Program-made: the position numbers and the translations under genes
The notes under the pieces: generated by a model
What the model was told of the DNA's origin: nothing
Database searches by the model: none
The model's input: the letters and a program-made list of their open reading frames with translations, nothing else
From: Phoronis australis
Lineage: Eukaryota > Animalia > Phoronida
Assembly (NCBI GenBank): GCA_002633005.1
Contig: NMRA01000181.1
Coordinates: forward strand, 382,959 to 446,958
Length of the DNA stretch: 64,000 bases
Direction: 5' to 3'
In this document: positions 51,401 to 64,000 of the stretch, piece by piece
Layout: each line of letters begins with the position of its first letter
Numbering within the stretch: position 1 is the stretch's first letter

Positions 51401-54400
51401 TGGAACTTGGCGGAAAGGAGACCTGAGTGGTGGTAGGGTAGCATCAATCATTGCTAATTTCCTTTCACGTTTAAGGACCCCTGCCCTTGGGGGCCCCTTA
51501 ATGACATCCTGTTTTTATTTACATCCTTTCTTCTCCCGCCGGCCATCTTGGAAGGAGACCTCAATGATGGAATCAGTTGCCATTCTTTTTTCTGTTTTGT
51601 GAAATAGTGGAATTAACTATCACTCTTTTCCATTTTCATAAATATATATCCTTTCCCATTAAGGGACGGCCTTTCAGACGATCCTGAGGCCCTTATACGG
51701 ACGACGTGGCGCAATTGCACTTTGGTCCCCTGTAAATCTGGCATTTTTTGTAACCTGTGTACGAGGGGAGTTAGATTTAATTTCAAATTGGTAGACAGTG
51801 ACATGTTCAACTGAAGCACAGCAACATCGAGACACGCAGCACAAACAACCAAAAATATGAGATTGTAAAGAAAACAACAATAGCATTGACCACCATCGAA
51901 AGATCGAAGAAGTTCAAAACCACAAAGCCAATATCTTCGATGGTTTGTAACGATAAAATTAATCATCCTTTTTCCCAAGAATAATATTTCTTTTCAAAAT
52001 TGTTATGACAAAAACAATATTGATGAAGGGAAGTTGATCTTAAGAGGCTGGCACATGTCGCTCACAGTGTCGGGGAGTGTTATTTTTGATGACGTTGTGC
52101 AATGTACACTTCTAACGTATTTAGAGCTTAAAATACATGCACTGACAATCGTAAACAATGCAACTCAAACAGTACCAGGCTACCACGGGAATTAACTTGG
52201 GGAAGGACCCCCAAAACCTCAGCGGGGTGCCCCGCCTCTCTGCCCTCCAGTTTGCCCTCAGCCAAGTACATGCATATGCATCCGCGTGAATGCCTGAAAA
52301 TTACATACAGTGGTTTTTCAGTATTCTAGTAATCTGGTAGGGCTCATTGGTTTCCGGTTCACGTGTTATGTATCGACTAAAATCGACTATTTCAAAGATG
52401 TTTTGACAATTAGAAGCTAACCTTGTAAGAAATTGGTGATGCTTCAACCGCCGTAGATGCTATCTGAAATTTCTGACAAATGTTAAACAGCCACAAAAAT
52501 AGTGCCCTAGTAGATGATTTTTGCCAATCTAGAAAAACCGTCTAAGAAATTGGTGTTTCAGCGAAGTTTGCCTGGTTGACGGTGAAATTCTGTTGGGTCT
52601 ACACAATATGCCTCCTGGGGAGGGAGCTACCAGAAACACCGTGGTACCCGTACGCTTCAGGAGCTGACCCCGTAAGACAGTGTACTAGATACACTGAAAC
52701 CTTATGTCTTCAAAGTGTATCTTCAAAGCATGAACTTAATCAAATGAACTTTCCCAAATAGACGAAACTATAAATGAACTTCCTGAGACGATTTCCCGTC
52801 TGCTTAATTCCGAGCAGGTGATGCTAGTTCTCTCCGTGTTTCTCTGGATTTTGTAACCCGCGGTAGCAATTCCTTACTTTGTATTTGTTTCCCCAAAGAG
52901 TGATTTTAGCAGTACCGCAAAGGGAAAAACCATACCGTAAACTAGTAACGAGGGTAACATATTTAGGTCTAATAGCGACGCCTACTTGTAAAATGTTCTG
53001 GAAATACGGCATCCACGTTTACGGTGGCTGTCTCCAGGGATTTGATCCTTCAACAAGCGTGCGAAATCGGTTATAACAGTGGGGCGGAACAAGTAACGAT
53101 AGGGAAGAATTTGAAATTTGGAACCACGAGGGCTAAATTTTGTTAAATACAAATTAGTTGTTGCCCCCACATTTTTTACCTTTCTACGTCCCTGTACTTT
53201 GTTCTCCAGTAAATCGAGTCAGAAGTTGAAATGCAATTTCTTTAACTTATTCTGTTATGGCGCAGTGAAACATTGAAAAGTATCTCGTCTCGCAATAACA
53301 GCGACAGCTATGTTTTGATGACCAACAAAAAGAACAGATACCGTGTTGTCAAAAATGGATATATTTTTGCAAATAAAGTACAAATACTATTAAAAGCAGC
53401 TTCGTTCATTTTTGTAGTCGGAAACAAACTTTTTTAACGTAAAATATAAATTTCGTACCAATTTCGACTAAGAGTTCGGGTATGTGTTAGTTTTAGATTT
53501 AAGCTAGGGTTATGGCACACTTGATATGGAATGTGTGAAAAAAACATCAGCATCTGAGCGCCATGTCTTGTACCTATGTGCCCGGCATTGACGTACAAAG
53601 ACTTACTAGCCTGCTCCGATGGAGTGCATCGCTGATCCCAGGAGTACTCCCGCAGAAAAAGGTATACGTGACGTGCCACTGAAATGAATGACTTTTTCAC
53701 GACCAGTTTCCGTACCAAAATGTACTTTTTTGATCCCAACAAAATAGTTCGCTGACTTTTCAAGTTTGAACTGTGAAGCCTCAGCTTACAGAAGTTTTCT
53801 CCATTACAAAAATTAGCGAGACTGTATTTTATTGTCATTCATATGTTAATTGAAAAAATATACTCATTTTTGACAGCATAGGATATCTCCTCATTCCCTT
53901 TCGGGCTAAGTAAGATAAAAAGGTCTCCAACAATCTCTAGCCAGGGTTACTGTGTGTTTACGGAGTAACCATAACCACCGGCAAAATAACTTCAGTCGAC
54001 CTTCAGCTTTGCCAGCTGTTTTCTTCTAGACACAGACACAAATCCCAGGAAACGTTGGAATTTGAGGTCCGATTAGCAGTCTTTTTGTGGTGACCTATTT
54101 TCTTATTTAACCACGCCCCCCCCCCCTTCCTCCCGGACACAAACGAAACGACGACTGCATATGCTGCGCGAACAATATTTCTTTGAAAGTTGTGGTTGTG
54201 TCATCACTGCAGTTTTCATCCACCAGTGTGGCCAGTTGAGGCTCTCCCTTGCCGGATAGCGGGCGGTGTGCCGAAGCTCGTAGCATTCGTGAGGGGATGC
54301 CAGTATAATATTATACCTGAGTTGGTATTTTAATGACGGACGGGCGTTTCTTAATTGTATCTTCATGAATCGTGACTTGGAATCCATCCGACTTTTATAT

Positions 54401-54956
54401 CAAGGCATGTGTTTAAGGTTCCAAAAACCTTACTTGCATATGCTCACACTATGCCCAGTTGATCAGACCCCCAGTTCAAAACCCGCCACTCCACAACCGA
54501 CAACTGAAAGACTGTCGGTGCTCTAGCTAATGGACTAGTTTTTAGATTAGAATCTCCCCTACTCTCTATAGAACAGCCAAGCATGGCAATGAAAGGTCCT
54601 ACCTGTGATCAATTTTCAGACGAAAACCCGCCAGATCAAAACGAGTGCCAGCCTGTCCTGCTCACACGGAGACCACTTCGAAAGTGATCTCACGACTACT
54701 AGCAAAACAGTTTGCTTCAATTATACCGCGATTATAAGAATACGTATAAGCTTGCTATTAACTGGGTCATTTCAGTCGGGAATTCTTTTCATGCCTGTCC
54801 TATAGCATGTTTTTATACACCTTTAGAGCGAAGTCATTATGGCGACAATTCAACAAGGAAATTATTAATGGTTATTGTACGACGTGGAATGTTGTGTTTC
54901 AAATTCCTTGACTGTTAAAGTGCAAGCTGTGCATGTATGGAATTTGTTTTTTTTTT

Positions 54957-55091
54957 CATGGCGGCGCAGCACTGAAATAAGTGGGGGCTATAGTCCCCCA
55001 GCGCCCTGCGCGCAGCCCATGCCTTTGGGCGGCCCGGCACTGAAATAAGTGGAGGCTATAGGCACTCTGCCCCCTATGGTGCGCCGCCGTG
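54957..55091. mobile_element. GC-rich MITE (CA...TG termini, hAT-like)
   Basis: TIRs catggcggcgca / tgcgccgccgtg, with an internal direct repeat gcactgaaataagtggrggctatag. Confidence 0.7.
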
Positions 55092-55436
55092 TTGTTATGG
55101 CTTTCATGAAGAAAACCTTGTCTTGCTGTTGTTGTTTAAAATGAAGTTGTACTGATACAAAGAACAATACAACATAATTTGCCATAAAATGAAAGCATAA
55201 AAAATGTCATTGCCTGATTGTATGAAGCAGTGCCAAATGAAAAAGGAACTGGACTGAGTTCTTTAAATAATTTGCCCATTTTTGTCGTTCTCTACCAACA
55301 CATGTGATCTTTTCAGTTCTGTTATTTCTTTGTTATAATGATTCCTCTTTGGTTAATGACATTTTCCAATAATCAAACAAAAAGCTCGACATCGCTTCGG
55401 TCAATGAAAATAGATAGGGATTTAATCGTTAAATTG

Positions 55437-56571
55437 CATGCGCGCACCCAGCCTTTAATGTGGGGGCTCGAATTTCTGACGATGTGGACCTTTTGCTGAC
55501 AAAAAGGCGGCAGAACTAAAAAAACGTGGTACCACCTTCAGAACTGAACTGTGCGTCTGCGCGTTTTTAGTGGACTTCGTGTCGTTTTCTGGGACTTTTT
55601 GTTTCTCTGCGGCGGACCATTTTGCCCACTTCGTTCGAGCCCCCCCCCCCACAATTTGACTTAGTAAAGAAACTGAAACAGCATAACAAAGGACGGTGAA
55701 TGTTTTCAAAGTCCACAAATACGCAGTAGATTTAGGGAACTTAGCTGAACCCCTGTTTCGTGCAGCTGGCCACTGATGCCTTACAATTGGTGTAACTGCA
55801 ATGTTTCTTCACTTAAAATCTTTGCCGGTATCAGGTAACCACCCAGTTTATCAGAATTAATCTATTGAAGAAAGATCATGACCTCTAAAGCCCAGTGTCT
55901 GCTCGCAATTAATTAACTTGCGGAGTTTATTAGAACAGTTACAGGTACTAAATTTGGTACACTCTCGGTGCTATCTGCACGGGTAATTTCAGTGCAGCAG
56001 ATCAACACCGACGTTATTGAAATACTAAAGCTGACTTTCAGGGCTTTCGCTGCGGCATGGTCAGTCACAGAATCATATCTAACTCCAAGTGTTTCAAGAA
56101 ATTAAAATGAGTAGTTCATCCATCCTAACTTTTCGTTTTCAATGGTATTTCAATTCAATACATTGAGTTTGTAAGTGACTTGGACGGATGCGTTTAGATT
56201 GTTAAAAGAAAAGTTACTGAAGTGTCGTCTGTACCGTGCTTTCTTGTTTTTGTTAACTAATACAATTGATATCAGATACGGCTGAAATTATTATGTACGC
56301 GACGCGCATCCACGCACGCTCCCAGCCTAAAAAATGGGGGGCTCGAATTTTTGATAATGTGGACCTTTTACTAAAAAAGATTCACGGGATACGTTCAGAG
56401 CTATAAATTTTGCATTCGCCAAATTTTAGTAGTTCCTGTCGTTTTAGTGGACTTTTGTCTCGTCTTCTATTTTTCGGAGTTTTTGTTACTCTGAGGCGGA
56501 CCTTTTTGCCCACTTTGCCAAATAGGGGGCTCGTTCGCCCCGAGCGGCCCCCCTCCCTGGGTGCGCGCATG
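55437..56571. mobile_element. Two diverged copies of one MITE family (55437-~55655 and 56311-56571)
   Basis: TIR catgcgcgcacccag / ctgggtgcgcgcatg, with shared internal gggggctcgaattt..atgtggacctttt and tggac repeats. Confidence 0.72.
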
Positions 56572-59500
56572 GAGTCATACGGAAGTGCACGAGAGAATAT
56601 GGGGTTATAGTCGCGACCCATGTGGTGACAAAGGCGCTACAAATGTCATTTTTAATCAGAAACAAAAGAGGTTAATTCATGAACATTAATTCTAGACACT
56701 GATGAGAGTATTCATACACGCCACCTTGTAGAAAAAGTGAACTTCGAGCAGCGAAAATCTAAGTCGGTAGGCTGTCATGTTATTTACCAGATTCACTTAC
56801 ATGTATCCTTAACCTGTGTACCTCGTCTTTGAGTCCGGCAACGTAGTTGAGAGTGATTGCACTAAGTTCACACGCACGTGAGCTGACGTTAGAAACTATG
56901 ATCGGTAATGCGTGTTCCGGTAGTTGCCTGACCGAATACAGCGTGTTTATTTTTACACGACACACACACTGATAGTTGAATTGACGTAACTGGCAACTGA
57001 GGCTGGAACAGTTTGTTTTTTGGACAAATTAAAATTAAAAATTGAATTGTTTTTGGACAAACTGCTTTGGTTGAAAGAAATAAACGTATCGCGGATTAAA
57101 CTCACGTCTGGAAACTCCATGGCGTAGTCTTTGAGCAGTGACTTGAGAGAAGCAAAAAAAGATTCGAAAACACTGGATTAAATCACGACTGAAGTTGACG
57201 CCCAAAAGACGTCTTGAACTTGTCACGCTGTCTTGCATGTCCATCACGAACACGTAAAAGCTATTTAAATTGTACTCGACCCCTCTTCACAATTCGAGAG
57301 ATCCCCTTTTAAAATAAATAAGCTTCTCTGGCTGTCCGTAGCAGTTTACATTACAACAGTCGATGACCCTTACGGGCTGACATGATTTAGTCGAACAATC
57401 AAGATTTTTTTAGCTTAAAGGTTTGGTAACTAAGAGGCATCAAATTGGCAGTAAACGTATCTCATACAGCAAAAATACAAAATGAGGACGTGTCCGGGAT
57501 TTTGAGGGATCAGGTTATAACAAAATGTGTCACATCTGTTCGTTATTTTTGGGAAATTAAATGAGCCAAAGGTCATTAATCTTCTTTTGTGTCTTCCAAA
57601 ACCCCATGTTTACAAACAAAGACAGGAGAAGAGATCACCATCTTGAAAGATTTAGAGGGGGATTTCACAACCACTGTATAATTGAAAAATGTTTATATTA
57701 CAATAATTGGCTGTACTTCGGGAGCGAGTTTTCGGTTATACAGAATTTGTTAAATTCAGTTACGTTCGTACCTTCGGAACAAAACTCTACTCTCAACTGA
57801 ACATAAATACAGTAACTGACCTAGCGACATAATTAAAAGACACACGATATTTAGAAACATACTTGTTTCATTCTCAAGTGAAGATAAAATGACGCTGTAA
57901 TGCCACCACAGAGTATAAGCTGTCGACACACACAGTGAGACACGAACGTAACGGAACAAAGACTGTGAACAATGAAAAGTGTCGTGCGTTTAACAAATTA
58001 CAATAATTGCCAACATGATGACTTCAGCAGGAGATAGGCCCCTGTACTACCTTTGTTTTCTTAGTTGTTTACTTCCTTCGTTTATGGTTCCAACGTAATG
58101 TGTGAGTATGCATGTTTACCTGTGTTCAGTTCAAACTACCATGACTGTTGTATATATTGTTTTATTTCAAATATAAAGTCTGTTCGTTGACTACCGGTGG
58201 ATGGGCGGACAATGCACCCAGCTGTTGGTCCACGCATGCGCATGCAAAGTAGCATTATATACTTGGTATTATGCCGACGCGAATCATGTTCTCCAACTAG
58301 GCCTGAGATCACTTATGGTGGTATTTCCAAGATTCCAAATTTGAAACAAGACATTATGTGGATTGGACAACAATAACTTCAAAAACTAATCCCTCAGCAA
58401 GTCGTCTGTTGAGCTCCGTTTTCCCGATGACGTGGAAGTCATGTGATTGAAATCAAACCTGACATATATCGCAAAGATACTGAGCGATAGCCTAGTAAAC
58501 GACAGGCGTGGCCGTAGCCCCAAACCTGCCAGAAAGCGTGCATGCTGTCGCGTTAAGGCCGCCAGAGATGCTAAGTACTGACACAACGCACGCTCAACAA
58601 ATAAAAATAGGAACATCCTTACTCTTCGCCTCAGTTTTCGGCTTGCATTAGTGAACATTTTAAAATATGCAACGTCGTATGGTTCAGATTCCAAAAACAG
58701 TGCAGTATACGTGTCAGTAAAATGTGGCGCTAAAACGTGTGCAACCCTTTAGAATGATAGCCTACTAATGCCAAGTCCAGTTTCAGATGAATGTTCTGTA
58801 CCTGTTTATTTTACCGAGTTGGCCAATTAGTCACAGAGAATGGGTTCTTTGTGTTTTGTGTAGCGCTATTCGATTCGTGGTCAGTATTTTATTACTTTAT
58901 TTCTCGGGTCACCCTCCGTTGCCAAAATGCGCTGACGTCGCCAGTCTCAGCTGCGGTATTAGAATGTTATGTTTATTAAAAGCGCGTAATCCATATGAAA
59001 TGGCAAGAAGCCTTCCACATCGAACTCTTGTCAAAACATCCTAGCTCGTGCTAAGTAACATAAAACATGCTATAATGTTTTGTTCTTTTTGTCAACTCAA
59101 GCCTTTTTGAACACATTTTTGTCAGTAGGTCGTTCGAAATCAGAAAATCACCAACTATTCTAGTCTAGTTCCCTGCTTATCAGATCAAAAACTATTCCTG
59201 AGTGACAGCCATGTTGTACTTGAAAACGTACCCGAGCGTACCACCTGAGCATATTCTTGTTTTTTATTATGTTTAGTTCTCGTTATCTAATGTCCAAATG
59301 TTTGAGGATTTGTTTGCGTATGCATTGTTGAAATGGCGAATATGCCCCTACTTTCCGTAAAGAGCACTAGTACCGAACTCATCATCGCAAATTTCAACGG
59401 AAGGATCCACTTTTGTAATACATTAGAGGAAAAATATTTCTAGACGTGTAAGCGTGTTTTCTCAATCGTGAAACCCGGCTGCCTGGCAATTGCCTCGGCT

Positions 59501-59939
59501 ACTGACAGCGCACTTCGTAAGTTTACCCGGCAAGGAAACATGACAGTTAAAAACATAAAGCCGTAAAAACATTCTCACTCAAACAAACACAATTTTTTAA
59601 TTCAAAACAATGAGCTCCTGTCCTGAATTGCAATGACGCCTACCTGTGCTTGATTGACTGCCCAGCCCACCACGGCGACGGAGTCTCCGAGACATTACCT
59701 TGAATCACTTCGCCGCTAAACGGTACTTGCTAAATTGACTTTAAATTTTAATAATTAGACAAAAAATATTAACGTGAAAAATTACAATCAATATACACCG
59801 TTGTTTAAGAATAAAAGCCCGCGATCTCAAACTGACCAAAAGGTGGCGCTTGAGCTAATGGGAGGAATATAATAAACCGTAGTTTTTTAGCTGAATGTCT
59901 GTGATGGGGAGCTATTCTAGTGTCAACTTCAACAAACAC

Positions 59940-60985
59940 AATGCATGAATTGCTGAAAACTTGAACATCCACTTTTGAAATCACGTTTGAAAACACGTTA
60001 AAATGCGTCAAGTCAGTTATCCCTTCCCGGTAATGCCTTTCTGGTAACACCAAATATGCGTCCGGAGGTTTATTCGGAAAGGGAGGGGGGNGTGTAAATG
60101 GAAAGTCATAGCCTCAGCGCTTTTTTCATAAAACTGCGCTTTATTTTAATCTTATAATAAAGGCACAATTCGCCAACACTTAGTTCGTTTTTATAAATTA
60201 TTAGTGGTCCACAAAACTGACTTTGTGGTTAAAAGTTGACACTGAGTAGGCTTTTATGAGGATTTTTTCCGAATAAACGCCCCACTTTCTGGACACTTGA
60301 TACCAAACATTTTTGTAACACCAAATAAAGGCCCATAATTCTCTGAATAAACGTCCATGGGCATTTCATCGGGTGGGCTTATCTACGGAAAATCTCGGTA
60401 ATTGTTGTATGCGGGAGAAGAATGAGAACCAGCGTACTACCGATGAAGAGCTTCAGCTTGTACCTGACTGCACGCGGTTACATGCAAAGCATTTGGAAAT
60501 GCATCGCTTCAAGTTCTAGCGCATAGACTTTCATAACACCGTTTTCCCGGTTCAATCCGCCTCATAATGCTTTCACAAAGCAGAATGCAAGGTAAAATGC
60601 TTTTGCGGTCGGTGCTTTGTGAATTGTTATTTAGTGATAAAATGAGTTGACTCTTTCCTGTCTCTGGCATTTTGCTGCAACTGCACCGAATAAAGTTCAT
60701 CGTCGAGCTTACTTGGACCAGAGGCACACAGTCGAGGATGAAAAGAACCACAATTTATGACGTTACATTTTACGCACATCAGTTGCATCTAACGGTATAC
60801 ATTAGAAGTTCGAGGTATGAGAAATGCGTGAGAAACGGTGTATATTTTGGTAAAACATCATATCCAAAGCACCCCAGCAGTGCAATGATTGGCCTGTTGA
60901 AAACTTGAACATTTCATTTTGGAATCACATTTGAAAACACGTTAAATGTGCCAATGCAAAATTTCTGCCCTTTCTGGTAATGTCA
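59940..60985. repeat. Diverged ~100-bp direct repeat (59940-60040 and 60880-60985)
   Basis: tgaaaacttgaacat...aatcacrtttgaaaacacgttaaa...ggtaatg occurs in both copies. Confidence 0.65.
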
Positions 60986-63322
60986 TCTTGCAAAGGAAAT
61001 TCATAAAGTAAAGTTAGTGTTCCCTTTAGCTAGCTAGTAGGCCTAATGCCTGCAATTAGACCTACATGTACACCTGTACATAAAATCGTGAGAAAAAAAT
61101 CGGAAGTTAATATAAAAATGAGTATACCAGCAATTTTGAAGGGGTGATTTGGTTAAAATAATATTATTTACAAAAACTTGTATTAGTACAGTTTATCAGT
61201 TAGCAAATAATTACGTATCGTTCATAGCGTAAATTAAAAGGATAGTCGAGAACAGAAATAATAAGCATGACGTCATAAAAACTCGCGTCAGACTTGAGTT
61301 ACAGAAACTATTGACAAGAAGATCATGAGAGCATTTTGACTTAAGTAAACGTTTAACTTTAGAAATGGGATACTATTTCCTAAGCAGTCCTTCGGAGTCC
61401 TCACTTCCAAAGAAACATTCAGAGAGAGAACCCCATCGGCGACGTAGAAAGGAAGACGACAGAAAGAGAAAAGGAAAAATAAGGGTTTGAATAAATCTAA
61501 AAGAACCGTGTTTCTGAGACATCGAATGATCGGAAAATAAGAAATTGAGAAAACTAGTACAGTGGCCCTAATAGTAACGTGTCTTGCCACTTCGTGTTAT
61601 CGTGTTCAATTATTTTAAGTAGTTTGTATTTTTCACCGCTTAGGATCTCAAATATGCCCTTAAGTTTGAATCTGAGCAAGGAAAGTGCGAAACTGAACGC
61701 GGAATGATTCCCTTCTGTTTGCCCTATTGCAGCCGGAGCCCTGCGATTCGCCATCATTTTCTGACATTTTGGACAGCGCGTCCGAGGATAAAGATTTGGA
61801 CTGCAGACCAATTAAACACGCGGGCGTTAAAAAGAATGCGAGAAGAAAGGTCGGAGACATTTACAAAAAGCACAAACACAAGTAAGTTACTCATGCTTTT
61901 TTAATCCACAGTCTAAGAGAGACTGCTTTACTTTTCTGACAATTATTCTTACCATGTTGCGTACACGTGCACTACTCTTACACGGATACCAAGCCTGGTT
62001 TGGGCCTATTTTAAGATGTTAAAAATGACGTTCCCATCCAGTTCTGTGAAACAAAATGATGGTCTGCAACCATTGACAACCTTCAAAGGTTTGGAGGGAA
62101 ATTTGAAACCACCTTTCAAAGTTTGCTAAAGGGCAAGGGTGACCTACGCTTTAAGCGAACTGCATGCCAACTGTAGGGAGAGACCACTCACTAAAAACAC
62201 AATATCCAATCGGCGGTATAGTTGATTCCTGATTTCATCTTTCAAGATTGACGCCAATGTCTGCATAAGGTGACAGAACGATGAATGGTTTAAATCATCA
62301 AGACAGGGTTTGCTCCTTTTAAACGTATTATTAAATGATGAATGCTGGCTGCAGGGTTTCTCTCCAATAATTTCATTGTCATCGATTGTTTTCTCCTTAT
62401 TGCGGACCTGGTTTTACAAATCTCAATGCAACACAAAATGTTTGTCTAAGAAACGGTATTTGACGAAGTATCAGTGCTTGTGAACTTTACGGTCCTCCGG
62501 GGTGTTCTCATTAACGACGTCCTCTTAGCATTGACGAATTTTTTTCTTACGACGCCGTAGTCATAAATCGCAGTTCTTTTCTCGCCAACCGCTTTGAACA
62601 GACCGTATTAGCAAATCCTTCTCCACGAGCAGAAACTTTTTCTCGTAGTACGGAAGCAAGACGATAGCTCTTAGTGTTAAAGGTCTCACTGTACTTCCAA
62701 CTTACGAAATAAAAGACATTATACAGCGCAGGTACTACTATGAAGCGGCTATTATTCATGCTATTTATGGCATTTGAGATACATGTACATGCACATATAC
62801 ATGTAGGACTAGTTTCTTGCACGTGATTACACCCCAACAGGTTCGTAGTGCTAAGTGTTCTCTTTCTTCAGTTTGTGATTTCGAGCGAAATCTGGCACTC
62901 CGAAGAAATTTGAATGCCACTCGTCAACCCACCTTTGGTGGTAAAACGATTCGCTGTTGTAAATTCAAGAAATGTATACACATGTACGTCTTTCGAAATG
63001 TTATTATGGGTCGATCTATGTATTTTTCACGAATAAAGCGCCCTCTAACCATGTAGAAGGTCAACCAAAAATCAAACGAAGACGCGTGTAGAAAAAAACG
63101 CCGTGTATGAGAAACTAAACGTCAATGATAAAAGAACTGAGTTACTACGAACTGGACTGTGGTTGATGAGGAAAGAACCAAAGATCGTAAAAAATGCGTT
63201 AATGAGAATACTTTGAGGGATTGGCACCCTTGATAATGGTGTGATTTCTTTAGGTCTGTGGTAAATTACAATTATTCTAATGCCGAATTCTCAAAGAATG
63301 AATCTGTATAAAATACTTTCAG

Positions 63323-64000
63323 TGCATTTTACACAAACAAACAGAAACCCTGCGTTAAACGTATTAAGAAGACGACAACGCCACGTGCGAACAAAGCAAA
63401 GAAACCGTGTCAGAAGCGCTCCATGCCCGCGTCAATGTCCTTTAGCGACATCGGTTCAGTTCGCAAATTTAGAGCACGTCGGGAACAATCCACGGAGCCG
63501 TACCTGAGCTCGGACTCCGCTTTATCAAACGAGTCGTACGCCAGTGTCACGAGTGAAGGAAGTTCGGCTGTATCGGAAAACAACAATAACGCTTCAGTTA
63601 AAAAACGCAGCAAAAAGCCTTGTGTGAGAAACAGGAAACCAGGCAGGAATGCCAAGACTGTTGTACGTCGAAAACGACGAGCGGGCAAGTCCGAAGAACT
63701 ATTGCATCGGCACCAAAGGCGCGAGGACGATGAAAACGGCGACACCTATGAGCGAACTCGGGAAAATAAAAAGAAAAGCACACACACGAAAAAAGAAAAC
63801 GCAAGTCGATGTGATGCTAATAAGCAAACAGGTCGTTATCGTGAAAGTCGACGTCACTCTTCAGATCGAGACTCAGCGTCCCAAGGCACGCCAGAGAGAA
63901 AGCACAATACAAATGCGAAGAAAATGCGAATGAGTTGCACGTCGCTTCCAAACTCCGCATCGACGTCGTCTTCAGTGGCTTGCGAATCCAAGTCCTACAC
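63323..64000 (+). CDS. Large putative exon of a basic, Ser-rich hypothetical protein, open to the window edge
   Basis: The frame starting at 63324 has no stop for ~225 codons through 64000, so the ORF track missed it. Acceptor actttcag at 63322. Reads AFYTNKQKPCVKRIKK...MPASMSFSDIGSVRKFRARREQ...SVACESKSY. Confidence 0.62.

Overview
This is AT-rich, intron- and transposon-rich animal DNA, most likely from a heterozygous invertebrate assembly; the species cannot be determined from the sequence. Two conserved spliced genes face each other tail-to-tail. TIM22 is on the + strand (four coding exons, 12243-15186; its first exon was not found). An OSGIN1/2-family FAD-dependent oxidoreductase is on the - strand (five coding exons, 36946-20215, 496 aa, with candidate non-coding first exons near 39.3 and 39.8 kb). 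There are also two unassigned candidate genes: a 174-aa single-exon ORF at 48488-47964 (-) and a basic, Ser-rich ORF that runs off the right edge. The rest is mobile-element debris: a Gypsy relic, a 2.9-kb hAT-like element with a 5-bp target-site duplication (TSD), an AcademX-like XPG/Cys-rich transposase relic, MITEs, tRNA-derived SINE heads and LINE/Penelope tails. Three duplications next to single Ns are probably uncollapsed haplotypes. No prokaryote-type system (CRISPR, operon) is present. The most interesting leads are the uORF-dense, ATF4-like OSGIN leader, a hammerhead-ribozyme-like core in the putative OSGIN 3' UTR, the 5-bp-TSD hAT, and the two orphan ORFs. All calls were made by eye, without database searches.
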